31,046 nt of DNA, taken from the IMG/VR virus record IMGVR_UViG_3300037780_000020, positions 1 to 31,046 of that record. One strand, written 5' to 3'. Both the position numbers and the translations under genes were made by a program. Below are positions 26,165 through 31,046 of the stretch, piece by piece (within the stretch, counting starts at the first letter, position 1; each line of letters starts with the position of its first letter). The notes beneath the pieces are model-generated. The model was not told where the DNA came from. It saw only the letters and a list, made by a program, of their open reading frames with translations, and ran no database searches. This DNA is from a virus. Lineage: Duplodnaviria > Caudoviricetes.

Positions 26165-27234
26165 GCAAGCTGGTTTCAGTCATCGGTGAGCTTCCGAAGC
26201 TCAAAGAAAAGTTTGGCCTGCAAAATCGCTGGGGCCTGAAGTTTGAGCAGGAGTGTCTGTTCGCCAAGCAGCAGTTGCAGAAGAACAGCTACACCCTAGA
26301 GGCGGCGCAGAACAGCCCTGACGCGCTCAGGAGCGCCATTCTCAATGTCGCGGCCATTGGTATCAGTCTCAACCCTGCCACAGCACACGCCTACCTGGTG
26401 CCCCGTGCGCCAGCCAAAGGGCAGGCTCCGGTGATCTGCCTCGACATCTCCTATCGCGGGCTGGTGAAGCTCGCCACGGACTCCGGCGCGATCCAGTGGG
26501 CCAAAGCGGTGTTGGTCTACAACGGCGACGAGTTCAAGTGGCGCGGGCCTGCCGAGCCGCCGCTGCATGAGGCCGATGTTTTCGCCTCAGACCGGATCGA
26601 CCCCAATGACCCGCTGAAGAACCTGAAGGGCGGGTACTGCCTCGCCAAGCTCTCCACCGGGGAGTACATGGTGGACGTGATGACCGCCGGGGAAATCCTT
26701 GCGGTGAGGGATTCCAGCAAGGCAGCGAACGGCCCATGGAAAGGCAAGTGGGCCGGTGAGATGGCGAAAAAGACCCTTGTGAAGCGTGCCAGCAAGTCCT
26801 GGCCGCAGACTGACACTCGAGGCCGCTTCGACAATGCCGTGGAGATCGTCAATCAACACGAGGGGCTTGAAGAAACCAGCGCCGACGAGCGGACCATTCA
26901 CGAGTTCATGGACGTAGTGGCCGAGGGCAACCCAGTCAAACTTCTAGCGCACATGCAGAAGTTGTCAGAGCAAGAGCAGATCGACTGCTTCAACGCAGCG
27001 CCGAAGGGCGAGAAGACCAAGCTGAAGGAGCGCGTCAGGGACCTCACCAAAGAGGCTCATGCGGTCATTGACGACTACTGCACCCAGATCGCGGAGCTTG
27101 CCGAAGGAACCGACCCGGCCTGCCTCGACCTTTACGACGAACTTGAAGAACACGAGCGGGCACTGGTTGACGCTCGCATGACAGACATTACACACCGACA
27201 ACTTGAAGCAATCCGCCAGGAGGCAGCAGCGTGA
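26161..27234 (+). CDS. recT: RecT/Redbeta-family single-strand annealing protein
   Basis: AAIGISLNP..AYLVPR, ISYRGLVKLA, EMAKKTLVKRASKSWP; ATGA start at 26161. Confidence 0.9.
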   Translation: MSKLVSVIGELPKLKEKFGLQNRWGLKFEQECLFAKQQLQKNSYTLEAAQNSPDALRSAILNVAAIGISLNPATAHAYLVPRAPAKGQAPVICLDISYRGLVKLATDSGAIQWAKAVLVYNGDEFKWRGPAEPPLHEADVFASDRIDPNDPLKNLKGGYCLAKLSTGEYMVDVMTAGEILAVRDSSKAANGPWKGKWAGEMAKKTLVKRASKSWPQTDTRGRFDNAVEIVNQHEGLEETSADERTIHEFMDVVAEGNPVKLLAHMQKLSEQEQIDCFNAAPKGEKTKLKERVRDLTKEAHAVIDDYCTQIAELAEGTDPACLDLYDELEEHERALVDARMTDITHRQLEAIRQEAAA

Positions 27235-27554
27235 GCAAAGACATAGTGGCGAAAACCGGCGAGTACACCGACCGGGAGGGCAACCAGAAAGGCGAGTGGA
27301 CAAAGATCGGCGTGGTTCTCTCCAATCAGAACGGCGAGTACATCCTAATGGATCCTGCTGTGAACCTTGCTGGTGTTTTGACCAAACAGAACATGCTTGC
27401 CGCAGAAAAGCGGAAGGCGGGTGATGACAAGGCCCGCATCGGGAGGGCGGTGATGTGCAGCATCTTTGACCGCAACCAGCAGGGCGGGCAGCAGACCCAG
27501 GAAACCCAGGCGCCGGAGGGCGGCGCGTCCTTTGAAGATGACATTCCTTTTTAG
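27231..27554 (+). CDS. SSB-like protein
   Basis: Follows recT; acidic tail FEDDIPF. Confidence 0.75.
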   Translation: MSKDIVAKTGEYTDREGNQKGEWTKIGVVLSNQNGEYILMDPAVNLAGVLTKQNMLAAEKRKAGDDKARIGRAVMCSIFDRNQQGGQQTQETQAPEGGASFEDDIPF

Positions 27555-27566
27555 GGGGGGGGCAGC

Positions 27567-28274
27567 ATGAACCAGTTGGAAGATTTGTTGCAGGAAATTG
27601 ATTCTCTGCCGCTGGGCGAGAAGGTTGACGCATTGAACTATGTGCGCCGCAAGCTACATGAGATTAGCCCTTTTCGGGAGGAGCCGGTTGACCTTGTGCA
27701 GTGGGTTGTCTCTGACGAAGTGTATGCGAATGACTACAACCCCAACGCAGTAGCGCCGCCAGAAATGGACTTGCTGGCGCACTCAATCAGCACGGATGGG
27801 TACACGCAGCCGATCGTCACTTGGGCGACGGATAACGGGCGCGAGGTTGTAGACGGGTTCCACCGCAACCGAGTTGGCAAGGAGCGGAAAGAAGTTAGGT
27901 CGAGAGTTCATGGGTATCTCCCGGTTGTCGGCATCAAGGCCGAGCAGGCAGATCGCAATGATCGCATCTCGGCAACGATTCGCCATAACCGGGCAAGAGG
28001 CAAACACAAGATCGATGCAATGTCGGAGATTGTTATTGAGCTTCGTCGCCGGAACTGGTCGCCCAAGAAGATCGGGAAAGAGTTGGGAATGGATCAGGAC
28101 GAAGTTTTGAGACTGTGCCAGATCAGCGGACTGTCGGAGATGTTTGCTGATTCAGAGTTTTCGGAAGCCTGGGAAGCCGACAATGAAACAGATTTTTCAT
28201 CCGTACTGGAAGTGGGAGGAGACGAGTTCTCCGATGTGGCGAGCTGCGGAGAACCGGGAGGCCATGCTGCGTGA
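27567..28274 (+). CDS. ibrB: IbrB/YbdM-like ParB/Srx-domain protein
   Basis: ANDYNPNAVAPPEMDLL, DGYTQPIV, VVDGFHR, TIRHNRARGKH motifs. Confidence 0.9.
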   Translation: MNQLEDLLQEIDSLPLGEKVDALNYVRRKLHEISPFREEPVDLVQWVVSDEVYANDYNPNAVAPPEMDLLAHSISTDGYTQPIVTWATDNGREVVDGFHRNRVGKERKEVRSRVHGYLPVVGIKAEQADRNDRISATIRHNRARGKHKIDAMSEIVIELRRRNWSPKKIGKELGMDQDEVLRLCQISGLSEMFADSEFSEAWEADNETDFSSVLEVGGDEFSDVASCGEPGGHAA

Positions 28275-28563
28275 AGCAATCGCCTTTACCGGGGACGCTG
28301 AATTGTACGGGCGCGCAATGCTGCGTGTTATCAGAGAATGGCCTTACTCCTGTGAACACAACCTTACGAACCTTTCTCAAAACAGAAAAGCGTGGATTGG
28401 TCACGCGGCCTGCGCTCTTGAAAGAGGGTTTTGTGAAGACGTGGTTAGAGAGGCATGGGGGCACCTAACCAGGGAGCAGCAGGACAAGGCCAACGCAAAA
28501 GCGCAGCAAGCGATTGAGGAATGGGAAAAATGGCAAAGCGACCAATTGGCATTAACGTTTTAG
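28183..28563 (+). CDS. Uncharacterised Trp-rich helical protein (126 aa) between ibrB and ibrA
   Basis: MKQIFHPYWKWEE...WPYSCEHNLT...NRKAWIGHAAC; overlaps both neighbours. Confidence 0.75.
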   Translation: MKQIFHPYWKWEETSSPMWRAAENREAMLREAIAFTGDAELYGRAMLRVIREWPYSCEHNLTNLSQNRKAWIGHAACALERGFCEDVVREAWGHLTREQQDKANAKAQQAIEEWEKWQSDQLALTF

Positions 28564-29759
28564 AGGCGGCGGTTGACCGCATCACTTGGACATTCGACAC
28601 CTTCGAGCGGGTATATCTGTCCTTCTCTGCTGGCAAGGACTCGACGGTGATGCTTGAGCTTGCAGCGGAGCTTGCGAGGCAGCGCGGGCGAAAGTTTGGC
28701 GTCTTGATGGTTGACCTTGAGGCTCAATACAAGCTGACGATTGAGCATGCGCTTAGGTGCTTTGAGGAATACGCCGATGTCATAGAGCCGTATTGGGTGG
28801 CAATCCCGATTGCGCTCAGGAACGCGGTATCTGTTTATGAGCCGAAGTGGGAATGCTGGGAGCCGGAGCGTAAAGATGACTGGGTGCGCCTGCCTCCTGA
28901 TTTTGCTTACACCGACCCTGAGCATTTTGGCCTTCCTGGCGGGCTAGAGTTTGAGGAGTTCGTTCCGCTGTTTGGTGAGTGGTACGCGCAAGGCAAGCCA
29001 TGTGCTTGCATGGTAGGCATCAGGGCAGACGAAAGCCTTAACCGATTCCGCACGATTGCCAGCACGACAAAGACCACATACGAAGGCAGGCAGTACACGA
29101 CCAAGGTGACGGATAACGTCTACAACGTCTATCCGATTTATGACTGGCGCACGGCTGATATTTGGACTTGGCATGCTCAAAACCCTGAGATGCCGAAAAA
29201 CGAGCTTTACGAGCGCATGTATCAGGCGGGGGTGCCGCTTGGGAACATGCGTATCTGCCAGCCCTACGGCGACGATCAGCGCAGAGGACTTTGGCTGTTT
29301 CATCTGATTGAGCCGGAAACCTGGGCCAAGGTTGTTATGCGAGTCAACGGCGCAAACTCTGGTGCGCTGTACGTTCAGGAATCAGGGAACATCAACGGCT
29401 ACCACAAGATTAAAAAGCCGGACGGCCATACATGGCGCAGCTTTGCCGAGCTCTTCCTGTCTTCTCTCCCGAAGAAAACGCAAGAGCATTATGAAAACAA
29501 GATTGTCTCGTTTTGTAAGTGGTGGGAGGAACGCGGTTATCCCGATGGAATACCCGATGAGGCTGATCTTGATCTTGAAAACAAGCGTGACGTTCCAAGC
29601 TGGCGTCGGATCTGCAAGGCGCTGCTAAGGAATGACTACTGGTGCAAGGGCCTTGGTTATACCCAGCACAAATCCGAGGCATACCAGAAGTACCTAAACC
29701 TTATGCGACGCCGCAAAGCTGAAGGCGTTGTCGCCCCTTCAATCTTTGAGGTTGCCTAA
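28530..29759 (+). CDS. ibrA: IbrA/YbdN-like PAPS-reductase-family (PP-loop) protein with DUF3440
   Basis: SFSAGKDS, GIRADESLNR, YPIYDW, MRICQPY, PSWRRIC..LLRNDYWCK motifs. Confidence 0.9.
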   Translation: MAKRPIGINVLEAAVDRITWTFDTFERVYLSFSAGKDSTVMLELAAELARQRGRKFGVLMVDLEAQYKLTIEHALRCFEEYADVIEPYWVAIPIALRNAVSVYEPKWECWEPERKDDWVRLPPDFAYTDPEHFGLPGGLEFEEFVPLFGEWYAQGKPCACMVGIRADESLNRFRTIASTTKTTYEGRQYTTKVTDNVYNVYPIYDWRTADIWTWHAQNPEMPKNELYERMYQAGVPLGNMRICQPYGDDQRRGLWLFHLIEPETWAKVVMRVNGANSGALYVQESGNINGYHKIKKPDGHTWRSFAELFLSSLPKKTQEHYENKIVSFCKWWEERGYPDGIPDEADLDLENKRDVPSWRRICKALLRNDYWCKGLGYTQHKSEAYQKYLNLMRRRKAEGVVAPSIFEVA

Positions 29760-29761
29760 CC

Positions 29762-29935
29762 ATGACCGAGCAAACACCCTGCCCCTTCTGCGGCAGCACC
29801 AACCTGCTAGACGGCTCCTGGTACGTCGACGACGAGGAGGTCGCGGCCATCGAGTGCGATGACTGCAAGGCTGGCGCGCCGGCGTCGGTGTGGAATCGGC
29901 GCAAGGGAATCGCAACAGCGCAGGAGGGGGAGTGA
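29762..29935 (+). CDS. Lar-family restriction alleviation protein (57 aa)
   Basis: Not in the track: PCPFCGS...IECDDC.A...WNRR. Confidence 0.75.
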   Translation: MTEQTPCPFCGSTNLLDGSWYVDDEEVAAIECDDCKAGAPASVWNRRKGIATAQEGE

Positions 29936-30350
29936 TGGGCAAGAAGCTGTTTTTGCAGGAAGTCGAGATTCAGGACGTAATCAACGGCCTTGTGGAGAAC
30001 GTCGAAAATGGTGACGCCGCTACCGGCACCGGGCGTGCGATTGGGCGTGTTGAGGTTGGCTGGGGCGGCAGAATTTACACGCTGTCCATTCAAGCTACCT
30101 GTGATGAAGACGACCTGTGCTTCGACGACACACTGCCCGTTCTTGATGGAGAGGCTTTTCGTAGCGGTCGGTGCGTGGTGCGAGCGCCGGAGGGGCACTA
30201 CCCATCTGCTGTCCCCTATGACGCAGCAGCGCAGGAGGAGGAGTGATGGAGCCTAGCGACTGGCTTTGGCTGCACCTAAACGGCCTCATCATTTACTTAT
30301 ATGGCTACGCAATAGGGCGCATAAGCCAATGGCAACGCAGCGCAGGAGGA
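29912..30350 (+). repeat. Gene-junction direct repeats
   Basis: 29912-29938 and 30223-30249 are identical at 25 of 27 positions; a partial third copy lies at 30337-30350. Confidence 0.8.
29935..30246 (+). CDS. Hypothetical acidic protein (103 aa)
   Basis: TGATG coupling and a strong SD. Confidence 0.65.
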   Translation: MGKKLFLQEVEIQDVINGLVENVENGDAATGTGRAIGRVEVGWGGRIYTLSIQATCDEDDLCFDDTLPVLDGEAFRSGRCVVRAPEGHYPSAVPYDAAAQEEE

Positions 30351-30359
30351 CAGCCATGA
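30246..30359 (+). CDS. Small membrane peptide (37 aa)
   Basis: MEPSDWLWLHLNGLIIYLYGYAIGRISQW...; coupled at both ends. Confidence 0.55.
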   Translation: MEPSDWLWLHLNGLIIYLYGYAIGRISQWQRSAGGQP

Positions 30360-30607
30360 CTGACTTGGTAGAGCGAGTGACCGATGGCATTGCGTATGCG
30401 TTTCGCTATCGGCAAGACGCAGAGGCAATCGCCAAAGCCGCCATCGAGGCAATGGGCGGGGAGCGGGTGTGGGCAACCTACTGTGAAGGCAATCCCGTCT
30501 CCATGACGCGCAGCGAGTATCTTGCAGCGTCTTTAGGGAAGAGGCCGGAGTACACCGTAGTCCTCGCAATGCTCATCCCCCTGGGAGAGAGTGATGTGGC
30601 TGAGTGA
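30356..30607 (+). CDS. Hypothetical protein (83 aa)
   Basis: MTDLVERV...AKAAIEAM, a common phage motif; AGGAGG SD. Confidence 0.65.
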   Translation: MTDLVERVTDGIAYAFRYRQDAEAIAKAAIEAMGGERVWATYCEGNPVSMTRSEYLAASLGKRPEYTVVLAMLIPLGESDVAE

Positions 30608-30773
30608 CGAGCAACTGCGGCAGTTCACCCGCAGGAAGCGTCCGAGCGCACAAATCCGGGTGCTGGTCCAGGCCGGCCTTCGGCCAGGCAAGGACTTCCT
30701 GGTGGTGGATGGGCGCCCCATTGTGGTAGAAACAGCCCTCCCGCACCACGAGAAGCGCGTCAGGAAGCTGTGA
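30594..30773 (+). CDS. DUF4224-like putative excisionase
   Basis: WLSDEQLRQFTRRKRPSAQIRVL...DGRPIV; immediately upstream of the integrase. Confidence 0.8.
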   Translation: MWLSDEQLRQFTRRKRPSAQIRVLVQAGLRPGKDFLVVDGRPIVVETALPHHEKRVRKL

Positions 30774-31046
30774 GGAAGTGCCCGGCAGGTAACACCCTGC
30801 TCCCCCGGATGTACTGGAAGAACGGGGCGTACTACCGTGTGCAGCGCAATCGCTGGGCTCGCCTTTCATCGCGCTACAATGACGCGCTCAGGCGCTATGC
30901 AGACCTCGAGGCGCCATCTTCCCTGTGGCCCAATCTCGTTGCGCTCAAGTACGCCGACTATCATCGGGCCTTTGATCGCGGCGAATTATCCAAGAACACC
31001 CTGAGCCAGTATGACTCCATTCGGCCGCGGATCACCGCAGCCTTCG
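30770..31046 (+). CDS. Tyrosine integrase, N-terminal part (runs off the window)
   Basis: GTG 30770: ...LLPRMYWKNGAYYRV...W.RL...DALRRYADL...LSKNTLSQY; catalytic domain not in the window. Confidence 0.75.
   Translation, partial: MRKCPAGNTLLPRMYWKNGAYYRVQRNRWARLSSRYNDALRRYADLEAPSSLWPNLVALKYADYHRAFDRGELSKNTLSQYDSIRPRITAAF

Larger units (their letters stand above)
1..31046. mobile_element. Temperate lambdoid siphovirus / prophage
   Basis: Gene order int-xis-recombination-cI/cro-replication-nin-Q-lysis-cos-head-tail. Confidence 0.96.

Noticed and set aside
1-31046. CRISPR array, diversity-generating retroelement, IS element or att site
   Set aside because: No repeat-spacer array, reverse transcriptase or transposase was seen; att would lie beyond the integrase, outside the window.

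Overview
This window is most of a temperate lambdoid siphovirus in prophage gene order. The backbone is GC-rich, and the host is probably a gammaproteobacterium (inference). Right to left it contains a partial tyrosine integrase and DUF4224 excisionase, small accessory genes including a Lar-like gene, and a lower-GC three-gene IbrB(ParB-like)/unknown/IbrA(PAPS-reductase-like) cassette. Next come SSB-like and RecT genes, then a cI/cro/cII switch with five readable operators. An HNH-SF2 helicase fusion and a partner gene sit before the O-like initiator, followed by nin-type genes, a SutA-like mini-gene, Q and a lysis cassette. After lysis lie an out-of-place three-gene fibre-like module, a truncated HNH gene and a lambda-like cos site. 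The morphogenesis genes follow: Nu1/GpA terminase, lambda-type portal, protease-HK97-fold capsid fusion, head-tail genes, tail tube, frameshifting chaperones, tape measure and tail tip. The strongest leads are the HNH-helicase/partner pair, the three-gene IbrAB-like cassette, the SutA-like gene beside Q, a near-perfect parS site, and the displaced fibre module. All protein calls come from motif recognition and synteny; no database searches were run.
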